Source: Eukaryota sp. GEM-RC1 | Lineage: Eukaryota | Length of the DNA stretch: 64,000 nucleotides | Direction of reading: 5' to 3' | Assembly (NCBI GenBank): GCA_040285855.1 | Contig: JAUFOQ010000004.1 | Span: forward strand, 310,001-374,000 | Shown: in pieces, positions 10,630-24,421 of the stretch | How the letters are laid out: the number at the start of each line of letters is the position of its first letter | How positions within the stretch are numbered: position 1 is the stretch's first letter | Position numbers and translations under genes: made by a program | The notes under the pieces: generated by a model | Seen by the model: the letters and a program-made list of their open reading frames with translations, nothing else | What the model was told of the DNA's origin: nothing | Databases searched by the model: none

Positions 10630-11040
10630 TCAAAGAACTCTACGTATGAGAATGTAAACGATTTGATCAAGATTGAAGGCAGAGATTGTCTGTGGTGAAG
10701 CCTTTACCTTCATTAAAAGACCCCCAAAAGAGGCATAAACCGAATGCCGCCTTTCTTCTTCCAGGAAGCGAAAAACTCTTCCTGTCATTGCATATTCATA
10801 TTTATCTAACAGAGTTTCCTCTGATCCTTCTTCAGCCACCAAAGAAGTGGTGATGAGTACGGAAAGTTTGTCCTTCACATCCACTGGCCATATGTCTGTA
10901 TTGATATCAAGTTGTAGTTCTACAGGGTTTAAGGTGTTTTCAGCTTGACAGATTAATCGAGAAACCTTATCGAACTTCTTTCCATGTTCTGGATCGATGT
11001 CTTTCACTTCGAAAATATCTTCAAGTAGATGAGAAGCCAT
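10630..11040 (-). CDS. RPB8: RNA polymerase I/II/III shared subunit RPB8
   Basis: LLEDIFEVKDIDP..KKFDKVSR, LDINTDIWP, YEYAMTG, YASFGGLLM. Confidence 0.96.
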   Translation of the reverse strand: MASHLLEDIFEVKDIDPEHGKKFDKVSRLICQAENTLNPVELQLDINTDIWPVDVKDKLSVLITTSLVAEEGSEETLLDKYEYAMTGRVFRFLEEERRHSVYASFGGLLMKVKASPQTISAFNLDQIVYILIRRVL

Positions 11041-11506
11041 TCAAAGATCAGGAGAGGTTTGTTTGAAAGATATGTTTAAGTGATTTTTTGATGGTTTTGA
11101 CTTTTCATGTATAATGTGGACCTTTTGACTTAGATGAATCTCTTGCACATACATCTTACTAAGTCAACAGGTATCAGGATAGGTCGAAATTTATGGCACA
11201 GCTGACCACAAGTCAAAACCATTTTTCACAGACAACACTTCTATCAAATTTTGGTATTGAATATTTTTGGTGGATCTCACTACTAGTACCGTAGCGTATT
11301 CGGTGATTACCAATTACTAGTACATGTACCAACATAACACAAAATGAAAAAAATATGGTTATTGCAAAGTTTAATGTATTGTGAAACCTGGATCCGAACA
11401 GTGCGCTAGTAGCTGAATACAGTATCCTGAAGAATGTATTTTATAAACAGAAATTAATGGAATGTAAATTGTGAGTACTGAAATGATATTTAGGAAGACT
11501 TCTATA

Positions 11507-11594
11507 TGTTAGCCAAAGGTAATTGTATAGTATCAAGTAGGATTATTTCACTTTATAAACACCTTTATCTTACCTCTTTCACTAACAGGTATCA
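11507..11594 (+). repeat. 5' LTR (88 bp)
   Basis: TGTTAGCCAAAGG...AGGTATCA; 3 mismatches to 16135-16222. Confidence 0.92.
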
Positions 11595-11608
11595 ATAATT
11601 ATTGTCTT

Positions 11609-14208
11609 ATGGTGAAAAGACGACAAGACATTAACTCTAGGCCTCAAGTTGAGGAAGTCAGCTCATCGGAATATGCTTCTGATAGCTCTTCATCATCATC
11701 TTCGTCATCCGGTGTAAGCCCTGATCCGTCAGGCAACTGAAGTCCCCCATCCAATACGGAAGGCGGAAGTCCTTCTCTCCCATCTTCGGAAGGCAGAGAT
11801 AGGACTGGTGTAAGACCCCCATCCTTTACGGAAGGCGGCAACCCGGAAGACCTAAGACCCCCATCCAATACGGAAGGCGGCAGTCAAGGAGGTTCTACTT
11901 CCTCAGCCTTTGACATTGAGTCTTTGCTGAACAAGTTTAGACCTCCTAAAGGTTACCAGCAACGTTACGCTGCCACTTTCTCAGCCGTAACTAACCAAGA
12001 AATGGTTTCCTCCACTCTTCAAGTATCCTCACAAGGTACTCCTCTTAGTACCTCTTTTCAAAATAGTGTAGTTTTAGATAATAAAGATAATGTATCGGAC
12101 AGTATTCCAGCTTCTCCTGTGAGATCAGCTGAAGTAGCAAAGGCAATTCGTCTTCTAGAAGAATCCTTAGCTAAGAGTAAGACCATGACTGCAGAAGTTA
12201 GCAACAAACTTCTTGCTGAACAGGAACATAACCTTCAACGAATGCAAATGTCTGCTGAAGACCGTGCTCGTGAAGTGCAAAGACAAGTCGGGAGTGTTGG
12301 TATGGGTTTCCACCCTGATGCCATCCCTGATAGTCGAATTCCTTGGGTAAGTCCACCGGTTTCAATCTCTGACTCTGATATGTGGCACCTAGCAAAGTTC
12401 CGTCCATGGCATCCAGTACTCAGGAACCGTATGCCAGAAGGTTGGCATTATCTTCTGCGCAACGTTCCACCTGGTACCTCACCTGAAGTTATTGAACAAT
12501 TTCTAGGAAGTTGGTACAACAGGGAGTCTGAAGACACTTACAGGTACCCAGCTGTCAGTTCTTGGGATCCTCGTCATGGGATCATCATTGAACCTCTTGA
12601 GCCAAAGTATGACGCTGATGGTATGTCTGTGGTGTACGAGTACACTGCGTGGTATCAGCACTGTTTGAATAACCAGTCGCAGATTTATCACAACGTGGCC
12701 ATAAGTACTGAGTGGTTGTCCCCCAATCACCATTACAGTCACTTACCGGTTTCGACGTTCCAAAACGGAAACTCGACTACTCGTGTTCCGAATGTTGAGT
12801 CCACTCGAATCATACCTTTTCAAGGTATTGGTGGCTCTCAGAGAGTTCTTCCACTTGCAGCTGGTGCTCTAAGTGAGAATGCAACTGACACTCCAAAACA
12901 AGACGAGCTAAGCCGAACTCAACGACTTACTCCCTTTGCTCCAGGTGAAATCAAACATCCTGAAGTTGTTGACAGGTTCCCAATTGATTCGTTAGGTTTC
13001 AGATCTCGTAATGATCAATCGACCGCTAAATTCGACCAAGAGAAAGCTTGTCCCCGTTATGTTGCCCGTATGGAACATGAAAATGTTTATCGCAAACCAG
13101 AATTCTTCGCTGATGGTCACAACAATACCGAATCGTCGGTAATCTCTAAAGAAGAACTTCTACGCCCTCGAAAGGAACGCACCGAAAGACTGATTGCCGA
13201 AGAGAAACGTCAGCGAGAAAGAGAAGCTCAATCGGTTGTGATTGATGATTTACCTCTCCCAATCGAAAATCATTTAAATCAAAGTTCTTCGTCTGAAGAT
13301 GAACTCCCTGATAATGTTCTCCATGATTCCGCCATCCTTGCATCTGGTGTTACTCCCAAAGCAAAAAAACCAAAAAAGAAAGATTCGAAACATCGCCCCT
13401 TTTTGAAGAACGACACCCGTGCTGAGGTGGTCAAATTCCTACATGATTTCAGCCACTGGGCTGTTCATACAAGGAAACAACCAGCTTACAGAGGCTTCGA
13501 CATGTGGCTTGGCAAACCCAAGAACAGGTTTGATTTCGCCAGAACAGCCCTTTGTGAAGTGGACCCAGAAGGAGTAAGTGGTTTCATTGACCAAACATCC
13601 CTGTCCACTTGGAAAATGATGGATGCTATTGGTAACGACACTGATACTGTTTCCCTAGAACAATCCATCTGGAGACTGCTAGTCGACAAAAGCCAATTCT
13701 CTTCAACAACCGCAGCATCGAGTGCTCTGAAATCCATCCGTCTAGGAAATGCTAAAGACCCCCTTGAATGCATCGAGAACTATCTCTGCAACATAATCCG
13801 GTCTCTAAAGTGCTCGATGGCAATTCCCACCATCTCGAGCGATCCAACTGATAGGGATCACCTCCATGCGTCAATAGTCGCCGACATCATCTTGGCCACT
13901 CTCAACCCTAAACAGGACATTGTTGCTCTGAATGAGTTACATGTCCGTTGGGATCAAAAACTGAAGTCGGATGATAGCCTCCTTCCCCGATTTTTCAACG
14001 AAGTTAAAGGAATTTGGATCACCTACATGAGATCTACTGCTGTAGCTGCTCCTCCTGCTAACCGTCGTGATATGAGACATGGCCCACCTAGAAATCGTGG
14101 TCCCCATTCTAGAAGGAATGACCCCCAAATGCTAAGACCTCAGTTAAGTGTTACAACTGTGGCAAACCAGGTCATTTATCCTCTGAGTGCCGTCGTAATA
14201 AGAACAAT
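11609..14208 (+). pseudogene. gag: gag-like ORF with C-terminal CCHC zinc knuckle
   Basis: ATG 11609 is in frame with ORF 11924-14212 across one TGA (11738-11740); PPS(N/F)TEGG repeats at ~11740-11880. After a shift near 14125 it reads KCYNCGKPGHLSSEC, in frame with ORF 14209. Confidence 0.7.
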
Positions 14209-16134
14209 ATGACCTCCAGAGACCAAAGTGGAAAGCCCCTAAAACGTAGGTCCGGTGATAGCTTTAGAGGTCAATCAGACCAATCTAATCGTAATTTTAA
14301 CAATAAATCAAATAACTATATTTTTCAAATATCAGTTGACAACACAAAACACGCTACACCAGTAAAGTACATGAACCCATTGGCTGCTTTGAACACACAT
14401 TCAAGCAAGGGTAGAAGTACGTCATCTGTTGAAACAATTCGCAGTCTCAACCAGAACCTAGGGATCGAGTCAAAGGATAACGGTTCCTTATGTATTCGAT
14501 TGTTGATTAACAATGAGCCAGTGATAGGTGAGTTTGACTTTGCAGCTTCGTGCTCAGTCATTTCTCAAGATTTAGTGCGTCACTGTGAGATGACAACTAC
14601 TGACAGTTGTATTGAATACATTTCAGCGAACAACATTCGTGCAACATCCTTAGGTAGTGCACTAGGTGTTTTGACGTTCAACGTTGGTAGTCTAGCTAAC
14701 CAGATTCATATTAAGCATACTCTCCCAGTAGTACCTGGTACCAAAATACTCCTGATAGGCAGAGACTTACAAGAAGAACTGGGATTACTAACGGATGATG
14801 GTTTAGTCATTAGATTAGACAAGGAGCATCGCACTATTCTCAGTGCAGAGAGTGTATTCGATGGTAGAATGAAATCACCATGTGAATCAATCAATAGTGT
14901 TCAATCAAATTCCTCAACAATAAATTTAAATATTGATTTGTACGGCAACACTCAAACTGACATCAGTTTATTTGAAGAGATCATTGACAACTCTGGTTTC
15001 ACGATAGAATTGGATGACCCTAATAGAAGAAAGGAGCTTCTGAGCCTACTCAGTAAATACAAACAAGTGTTCTCTGAGGAGATACATCCAGATGGTATCG
15101 ATTGTCCACCGATGACCATCCCTTTTTATGATGAAACTGTCACTGTATTTCGTCCTCCTAGAAGGCTTAACCCTGAAAAACAGCGTATAGCCGAAGAAAT
15201 TTTTAATGAACTTATACGACAAGGATGGGCTGTACCATCGACTGGTAAGTTCAGTAGTCCCATTGTGCTTGTTGTCTACAACGACCACAAAAAGAAGCCT
15301 CGTTTGACTGGTGACTTCCAGTGGACCAGACGGGATTAACGCTAATAGCAGACCGGTGAAACCAAACTTACCACGGATCTGTGATGTTCTAGAGTTCCTT
15401 TCGAAAGCAAATTTCATTGGAACACTTGACCTTCCTAAAGCATTCTGGCAGCTAAAGGTAGCTGAGGAAGATGTCGAGAAGACCAGTGTATCTATACCTG
15501 GAATGTCAATTAGCTTCAAACGAGCATGTTTTGGTTTGAAAAACGTACCAGCAATTTTCCAAAACATCATGATGGAAATATTCGATGTGGAAGGTGTATT
15601 CATTTATAAAGACGATATAATTGTAGTAGGTGACACTTTCGAACAGTTTATTTCAAGAATAAATCTAGTACTGGAACGAGCAGAACGTTTTAGAGTACGG
15701 ATTGGATTACGGAAGTGTAGGTTCACCACTTCAAAACATCCTAATAGGATTCTGGGCAGCAATTTTTGCAACAAAACCCGTAGCAGTAAACCCGTCTACC
15801 AGCTGATCACGATCTCCACAGAGCAATTGCTTCAGGGGATTCTGAAGAACACATCGTTGTAAGGATCCTTGACAGGTTCAATACTCCTGATGGTGAACAC
15901 TGTACGGTCCTCTGGTTTGGTGGTGACACTTCATCAGTTCCTACCAAGGACATCAAGAACACCAAAGCCTACAGTGATTTTTGTAAATTAGAAAATGTAG
16001 ATTTATTTCATAGTAGTAACAAGAAGCCTAAGCTCAAACGCACCTCGAGTAATAAGAGTAATCCTAAGTCACCCTCTAACGTAAAGACACCTGTGGCTAA
16101 GAGAACAAGGAGCTCGAAAGAGGAGAAGAGGTAG
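14209..16134 (+). pseudogene. pol: pol remnant: aspartic protease, reverse transcriptase, chromodomain-like tail
   Basis: PR-like GEFDFAASCSVIS..ILLIGRD; RT FSSPIVLV, LDLPKAFWQL, FGLKNVPAIFQ, YKDDIIV. After ~15790 another frame reads EEHIVVRILDRFNTPDGEHCTVLWFGGDTSSVP to TAG at 16132-16134. Confidence 0.85.
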
Positions 16135-16222
16135 TGTTAGCCAAAGGTAATTGTATAGTATCAAGTAGGATTATTTCACTTTATAAACACCTTTATCTTC
16201 CCTCTTTCACCAAAAGGTATCA
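16135..16222 (+). repeat. 3' LTR (88 bp)
   Basis: Direct repeat of 11507-11594, preceded by the PPT and followed by the TATA TSD. Confidence 0.92.
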
Positions 16223-16891
16223 TATAGAATTAAAACACTGTGCGATTACGCCATTCGTATGGTTAATTGATTGATTGGTTTGGAACCATAGTAACATGGA
16301 CTTAATTCCGTATCATGAAGTAATGTTAAGGTTTGTTGACTGCTGAATTAATTGCTCCACAAAATAGTCCATTTACACGAAGTTTCTTCAAAGTGTCATG
16401 AAAATTTGAACACTTACGATGTTCAGCCTTTTCTAGATGACCATTAAAATCATTCAATGTTGAGTTATTGTAGGTTTGATAAACACAATTGATTTATTGT
16501 AGTAGCAGTAGTACAAACAATATATAGATATGTTCTCCCTTTCTGTGAGTCACTTCAACCAATAAATGAACCCTTCTTCACAGTCGAAGAGGATTGTGAT
16601 TAACTCCTCCCAAGAAACCGATGACTATTCCAAATTAACATTTAGGTTTATAATTTTTGAAAACTTCAATACAAACGTCAAAAGTACAGTAATCATTTCA
16701 AAAAAGCAGAACTAAAATAGGATATAATGTCCTAAATAACACATAGATAAATTAAACCGCTCAACAACAGAAAATGATCAGGAATATAAATACAAATAAT
16801 AAAATACAACAACTAGTGAATCCCCAGAAGATTATGATACTTACTGGCGTATTTGGTGGTTGACAACTTCTTCAAGGGCCCAATATTCTTC

Positions 16892-18194
16892 TTAAAAGTA
16901 CCTAAATCTCCAGCAGGAGCCAAACCAACTAACACATTCTTTTTTCTTCTTTTTCTGACCCAGCGGTTGGGGTTTAGCGTATGCTGCACGTGCTAAAGCA
17001 ACTCTATTAGCGTTGCTTCCAGTAGGGAAAGTGAAGTTAGACAACGGTAGAGGCTTCGGGGGCTTTGGTAGAATCTTATTACTATTCAATTCAGTTTTAG
17101 AAGGCATTGGCTTCTGTACATTTCGAATCTCATTCCTCTCTTTCCTTTTTAAATTAATCAACCCTGAAACTAACGGATCAGCCCTTGTCACACCACCAGT
17201 CCTAGAATGAAGTGAGGGTAATGTGGAGTTTGAAGTGGATCCATAGTCCTTCTTTAAAGTGGGAGAAAGGTCAGTTGGAGACTCATCCTTACGCCGTAGT
17301 TCACTGAACCAGTCATGTTTGAGAGCTTGTTTAGCTGTTATTCGATCTTCTGGTAAATAGGCTAGTAACTGGTATAAAAGAGAAACACAATCAGTGGAAA
17401 CAGTCGGTAGTAAAGCTTCTAATCCACATCCACGTTGCATTGAGAATGTCCAGTTTTGTATATGACGACCTCTCTTCCTGAATCGATTAATGACAGAAGC
17501 TGGCGGGGTACCAAGCACAGCATGGATTTTAGTTATTTGGTCAAACTCATCCTTACCTGGAAAAAGTGGCCGTGAAGTAAGTATTTCATATAAGATACAG
17601 CCAAGAGCAAACAAGTCCATTTTAAATGAGTAGTACCCGTCAGTCAGTATACACTCTGGAGACCGATACCATCTAGTTGAAATGTATTCCGTGAAGGGAG
17701 CTCTGGAGTGGATGGTTTTGACACTTCCGAAATCTGCTAGCTTTACTGGTTTACTAATGTCGTTGTTAACAAGGATATTTTCTGGGATGAGAAGGAAAGA
17801 GAGTCATACCAGGCTTCAGGTCTCTGTGGAAGTAGCCGTTTTCATGGCAGAAAGCTAGGGATTTAAGGACTTGGTAAGCAACGGTACGAGACTTAGTTTC
17901 AGAGAGAGGGCGTTCACGATCCCGTAGATACTCGTATAGATTGCAATCCATGTACTCAAAGACAAGAAAGAGTTCATCGTTTTCCAGTATGACTTCTTTT
18001 AGTTGGATTATGTTCGGATGAGATAGTTTTTTGAGAGATTTGATTTCTTTGAGGCTACTGCAATCGGCCCAGGAGCGATATTTGGCTTTCATGTGTTTGA
18101 CAGCAACAACTTCACCGCTGTCAATTTGAATGGCTTTAAGAACCGTACCAAAAGTGCCTTCACCAATTTGTTTAAGAACTTTGAATCGTCGCAT
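16892..18194 (-). CDS. MOK/MAK-family (RCK) CMGC kinase, one 28-nt intron 17782-17809
   Basis: IGEGTFG, VAVK, HRDLKP|ENIL after splicing GTATGA...CCCAG, DFG, FTEYISTRWYRSPECILTDGYY, PLFPG.DE.DQI. Confidence 0.92.
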
Positions 18195-18253
18195 ATAAGT
18201 ACATCAACAAAGACGTTGAGGAGGATTTTTCTGTCACAAATTTTGGCATCATC

Positions 18254-21200
18254 ATGAAGCCTCTTCTTATTGTTTTTACTCTGTTCTGCCTGTCTTTGGC
18301 AGCCAAAACACACTTTCATTTAGTTGCTCATTCGCATACAGATCCTGGTTGGCTCAAGAGTTTTGATGAATACTACCGTACAGAAGTAGTTCGCATCCTA
18401 CAGTCTGTTCATTCTTCACTTCAACAAAATCCTTCCCGTCGCTTCGTTTGGTCTGACATTTCCTTTTTCGCTAAATGGTACGAATCCCTTTCTCAAGCAG
18501 ACAAAACAAGCATGAAGAAACTTATAGACAACAATCAATTCTCCTTTGTTCAAGGAGGCTGGGTCTCCCATGACGAAGCTTCTCCCACCCCTGAATCCAT
18601 TGCTCTTCAACTCACCATTGGTCATGAATGGCTCCGCAATGTCCTCGGCATCACCCCTCCCAAAGTTTCATGGCAGATAGATCCTTTTGGTCACTCCTCT
18701 TCCTCTGCTGCTCTCTCAGCTTACTCTGGCTTTGAGATGCTCATTCTCAATCGTATTCATTACCAACACAAGCAAATGCTCAAGGATAACTCTCAGCTCG
18801 AGTTTCTATGGCAAGGAACCAGAAGTGCCGGCAAATCTGCTCGTACTCTTGTACATCTTCTCTACAAACATTACTCTGCTCCCAAGGGTTTTGACTTTGA
18901 AGACGTTCATTATAGCATCGCCAAACACAACGTTCAAATGAAGGCTGACCAACTATTAAGGGATCTTAAAGTGCAGGCAAAAGGATATCCAACTAATCAC
19001 GTCATGGTTCCAGTTGGTGACGATTTCAAGTTCAAGCAAGCTAACAAACAGTATGAGAATTGGGAAAGATTGATTGAGAACATCAACTCTCGTAATGATG
19101 ACGTGGAAATCTTCTGGTCCACCCCTGAAATGTACTTAGAAGCCATTAACAAGGAAAAGAAAGAATTCCCAGTGTTCTACAACGACTTCTTCCCTTACGC
19201 TGACAACTCTGATTCCTATTGGAGTGGATTTTACTCAACTTCTCCAGTACTAAAGGGGAAGGTGAGAGAGAATGAAAGGTGGTTGAAGTATGCTGATTTG
19301 GTTGGGTCTTTGGCTTTGGTTGAGACTAGTCGTGAGAAGTCAACGGAATTCTCGTCCTTTTTGAGCTTGTTGGATGGGCCTAGAAAGACTGTTGCGTTGT
19401 TACAGCATCATGATGCTATTACGGGGACAGCTAAACATGCAACTATTCAAGATTACGATCATCAATTAGATATTGGTCTTGAAAAGTCAAAGGAAAGTCT
19501 TTTAGAGTCAATCAAAGTGATTACGGGTCAATCAGTTTCACAGGTGATTCAGTTAATTGGACCTATTTCTGTGATTGTTGTAAACCCTGATCATGTTGAC
19601 GTGACAGTCGTGAGACTTCGTTTGACTGTTGACCCTGAGTTTAAATGCTTTGAGATTGTTGATTCCAAGGGTAAAAAACTGGAGTTTTCAATCAAACCTT
19701 CTATTATTGATCCTTCTTTTGATGGAGTTGATCAATCACTCTCATCATTGATTGATGTTGATGTGATTGTGAACGTTCTTCCTTTTTCAGTTTCTTCAAT
19801 CAAATTGATTGAGTGTAAACGTAATGGATTTATGAAGCAGTCGGAATCAATCCATATATTTGACCAGACTTTTGATTCTTTCCGATCAGCTCTTTCCACT
19901 TTCACAATGTTAACTGGATCTGAGATTATTGATAAAGAAGAGGAAACTTTCTCAGGAATCGATATCGAATCACCTAATCACAAGGTCAAAATCAACAAAT
20001 ACGGTGAGCTGCAATCAATCACAGTCAATGGTAAACCCTTCAAGGTCAGTTCATCCTTTAGAGAGTACCAATCCCATAGATCTGGTTCTTACCTCTTTAG
20101 ACCAGATACAAAGGCTCTCCCGATGACGTTGACAGTGTCAAAAGTGCTCGTGACTCAATCAAAAATTGATGGGACTGTCACCGTTTGGTATAAGGAAGGT
20201 ATCGCAGTCAAATGGTCAATCAACGACATTAGAGGATTAGAAACAGAGTTTTCCGTCAAGGCTAGTGAAAACCGTGAAGTTGTCGTTGATTTCAAAGCTT
20301 CTTTCCTAGACGATCAACTTGATTACTACACAGATAATGGCCTGGAAATGGTACTCAGAAACTCTCATTCTTCAATGATTGCTGCTGATTATCTTCCTTC
20401 CGTTTCCAGAATTGCTCTGAGCTCTTCTGATTCCTTCGTCACCCTTTTACACTCTCAAGCTGTAGGAACAAGAAGCGACAAGAATTCTGTTGAAGTCATG
20501 GTCGCCAGGAATCTTAAAGATGATGATGGCAGAGGTATTGGTCAAGGAAATCGTGATTCGTCTATTGCCAGACACTCAATGGCGATTAAGGTCGGAAAAG
20601 GAAGTTTGATCTTTGATCATTGTGAAATTTCCTCTTTTAATTATCCTGCTGTTGGATTTTTCGCAGACTCTGTATCAAAGTTTGATCCAGTTTCACTTTT
20701 TAAAAAAATTCCAGAGGATTTAAAAATTCTCTCAATTGCACCAAGGTTTTCTTCAACCTTTGGTCAATCAGATTTGATTGCGTCTGGTGATGTGATTTTA
20801 CGTGTTATGGGTAAAAATCAGCCATCCGACTCTGTTTTAAATCCAATGCAAAATTCTGGAGATTACGATTTTTCCAAAATTCCCCCTATTCCTGTAGATA
20901 TTCGTCGACTCTTCATCACATCACCAAAAGCAATCACAAAAACGTCACTTTCCCTTGGAGATGATCCTGATTTTAACTATCAACCATCGGGCGTAATAAG
21001 TCTTCCAACTTCAACAGACCTGTCACAAGACCAATCAAGATCACGTGAGTTTTCAATCAAGAAAATGAGCGCCTTAAAATCACTTTCCATGTCTAAACCT
21101 GATTTTGTTTTACCTTTGGAAGTTCAAACCTTTATTATTTCCTTTTCTGATGTAGTTCAAAAACCCAAATCTAAAGTGATTGAGCCGAAAGAACCAAAGA

Positions 21201-21522
21201 AGGATGACGTCATTGATTCCAAGGATGACAATAGGATGTGGGATAAGTTTGTTTCTAAGGATAATCAGAAGGTAGATACCAAGGTTGATGTCAAGGCTCA
21301 GCCTGACATATTAGTTGACCGTCATGATCACGTTTCCTATCAAAAGGAAAGGTGTATCCAGTGGTGATTACTCTTCATCCGGCTCATCATAAGACTTTGT
21401 TGGAAACTCCTAGTAAGAACTCAGCTGGTCAAGTTGCTTTGGCTTCGTTGTTGTCATTTTGTAGTATGATCTTGTTATTAGCGTTGGTTCAGTCAATGAA
21501 GAGAGGAAATCGACACATTTAA
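18254..21522 (+). CDS. GH38 alpha-mannosidase with signal peptide and probable C-terminal TM (frameshift ~21345)
   Basis: HSHTDPGWLK, GGWVSHDEA, WQIDPFGHS, GDDF, YWSGFYST, QHHDAITGT, YTDNGLEM, DDGRG. An alternative frame after ~21345 ends ...GQVALASLLSFCSMILLLALVQSMKRGNRHI* at 21522. Confidence 0.92.
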
Positions 21523-22137
21523 GTGAATAGTTGTTGATTAGTCTAGTGCATAAATTATATAAACATATTGTAGTATTCACTGATACTTTATCCTTCTCAT
21601 TAGATGTCGTTGGTATTCCTCTGATTGCTTTTACTCTGTCCATTGTTTATGGGGACTGTGCTGACGTCATCAATCCTTGTGAAGTTAAATCTATACTAAA
21701 GGCAACCATCAAAACTACCATTCCTTTTGATAATTTTATGGTTTAATAGAGACAGAGTAAATTCCCTACAGAAATTAGACCAACAATGTAAAATACAGCT
21801 TAACAATTGTAGATCTGTATATAATTACTGTACATACATAAAACTCAAAATGGTGTATTTAAATCACCAGAAACACTGCACTATTTACAAAACTAAAGAG
21901 AACGAAACTACCAACTACGACCAATCAACATCCAGAAAAGGTTGTATAATTCTAGTCATTAACTTGTTATTCTTGGAGTAAATCAACTGCAAAACTGATT
22001 GATCACCTGGGGGTCAATAAACACAGGAAAGTCACCAGAGAAGAGATCATCTGATTCAAAAGGACCATAATATCGTTCAAAAATTGAAAATCCTTCAATC
22101 CACTTATTATGCATAAATGAAACCTCCGCAAGGGGTT

Positions 22138-23174
22138 TTAAACTGACTCAATAATACAGCTCAATCTGATTGTCCCTTGCCTTCTAGCACAAAAGGTCAC
22201 GTCATACTTGCCATTATTATTAAGATCTTGAATTGCTGACGTCATTTGACATTGACCTGATGGACAAATAGAGCTCACAGGGAAATCAGCATATCCTAAA
22301 TGTATCGTTGGACCCCATCCAGAACTTTTAACGTAATCCCTGGCATTTTCCAACCAATTAACCACTAGGATCCGTTGGTAAAAGGCAAACAACAACAAAT
22401 CATCCTTACCATTCCCTGTTAAATCTCTACTTGAAGCAGCGAACCCTCTAAATGCCCCCGGACATATGATAGATCCACCATGAACAGCTGGGCAGTCACT
22501 GCCTCTGATTGTGTGACTTGTCCAGAAAAAGTACGTAATCCAAACCAACCAGGGTTAGTATTACTTTGAGTGGGAATTCCTCTATAATTGAATTGACTAA
22601 TGGTACTGGCAGCTATAGCAATTCTAGAACGATGTGTGGTTGTAGCAGATCCAGAGGAACTGTACGAATCAGTAGCAGAAAAGGCAGAGAAATAAAGAAT
22701 TAAGCCATCCACATCAAGGAAGAATCCCCGTCTGGAGCCAGAATTAGAAGCTAAACTCCATGTGCTTCCACTAGCAGTGTAACTTCTGAGACTGGCCTTA
22801 TCAAAGTCTAGAGTGTAAGGGGAGGCGGCGAACTGAAAGTTACATCCAATGTGATTGTGACAAGTGGCAAGTCTTTGGGGAGCATCGTAGAACACACGGA
22901 AGTTGAGGTATCTTCCATTGGCGTTGCCAGACCCACATTGAAATCCACTATCGTAAGCAATCAGTAGATCAGGTTGATCATTGTTATTTAGAGATTTCCA
23001 AAAGGCGCCAACGGCATGTTCTCGTACTGAAGAGGGTGAACAGCCGGAAAAACTGTGTGTCTGCAAAGTTTCATGAGCAAAGGCCTCATACTCAGGAGAG
23101 AAAAATACAAAGTCACTATCGTCATGGGCAAGTGCAAAGCCTATAAATACGATAGCGAAGGAGATAAAGATCAT
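22138..23174 (-). CDS. Secreted protein with FG-GAP/VCBS-like repeats (frameshifted; may extend further 3')
   Basis: Signal-like N-terminus; LNNNDQPDLLI, DLTGNGKDDLL, DLNNNGKYDV motifs spread over two overlapping ORFs. Confidence 0.6.
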
Positions 23175-24421
23175 AATGTTAGAAACAAATCGGGTTAATT
23201 AACAATGTGAGCTAATGTAACACACGTGTGGCCATGTGTCCTTAAATAGTAAATCATTTGTCTTTCGTGGTTCAGGATTACATGTAGAAGTTGTAGACAG
23301 CCCTTTGTAGAATAGATAAATAGATACATCGTTTTCAAAAGTGTTAACAAAAGCTGCTTTGAATCGTCTAAATCAGAAACTGTAGACAAATGGATTACAA
23401 ACAAAAAGTGCAGATGATAGTCAGTCACCAACAATTTTATTCGATCGTATGGTTAAATTGTTAGTTTTTGAATTCCTTGAATACTACTGTAGTTTACTAA
23501 TCAAAATGTGCAATGATATCAGCGCTGTGACAGTCTTTAGAATTCATTATAATTTAAGAACCACTATCTTAATTGTAAGGTTTCCACTTATGCTCAAAAA
23601 AAAGACAAACAATACCTCCATTCGACTGATCGGTGCATATTTGTAATTGTTTTCATCAAAATGATTGCACTTTTGTGTATGTCATGTAAATCTGAAATTG
23701 ATGAAAAAGTAGAAGGTGCTTGTTATTGCTGATTTCATCATTTTAACTACTGGCGACAGTGATGCGCAAAAATATATTTCTGTGAATTTCCTTCTGAGTG
23801 CGTATCTCACACTTTCAATTTATAGCGGAAAAATGCAAAATTATTGTATTCTTGCATTGTTTGACTGAAAGTAACTAGTTGACTATCGTACTTTGTCACT
23901 CTGAAGTTCAAAACCAAACATACGGAAGTTCTATGTAACGATAAAACAATCAATAGTGGATAATTTGTCTTGAATTTGATTTTGAAGTGTTTCGCATATT
24001 TTTGAACGATCAGATTATTATTAGAGATTTTTCCTTCTCACTATATTCAGCTTTGATTTTGTAATGCTGATACGGTCTTTGTTGGAATTTGGACTCAAGT
24101 AGACATCATTTTGTGCGTTTTTGGAGAGTATTGAAACTTATGCTCATGTTGCATAGGGGACGGTTTACATCACACACTCATCAATATTAGCAACATGTGT
24201 TATCAAAACTAAAATCTGATTATACGGATTAACACTTACTGAATTAACACAGTGACCACTTAGTTCTGGTTTTTGCTGTTAGACAATTAAGTGTAATCTG
24301 TTAGGATGGTTATACTCCGTCATTGAAAAAGTTTGACATCTAGAGAGTTCATCAAAGAGGTTAGTTCATGTATGGTAAAGAATATGCCGGAAAATTGAAA
24401 GTCAAATTATTATAGTTACTA

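Larger units (their letters stand above)
11507..16222 (+). mobile_element. Ty3/gypsy (chromovirus-like) LTR retrotransposon, internally deleted
   Basis: 88-bp TG...CA LTRs, TATA target-site duplication (11503-11506, 16223-16226), polypurine tract 16116-16134, order gag-PR-RT-chromodomain; RNase H and integrase core absent. Confidence 0.92.

Noticed and set aside
23195..24400. Short ORFs in AT-rich intergenic DNA
   Set aside because: No motifs, repeats or termini found.
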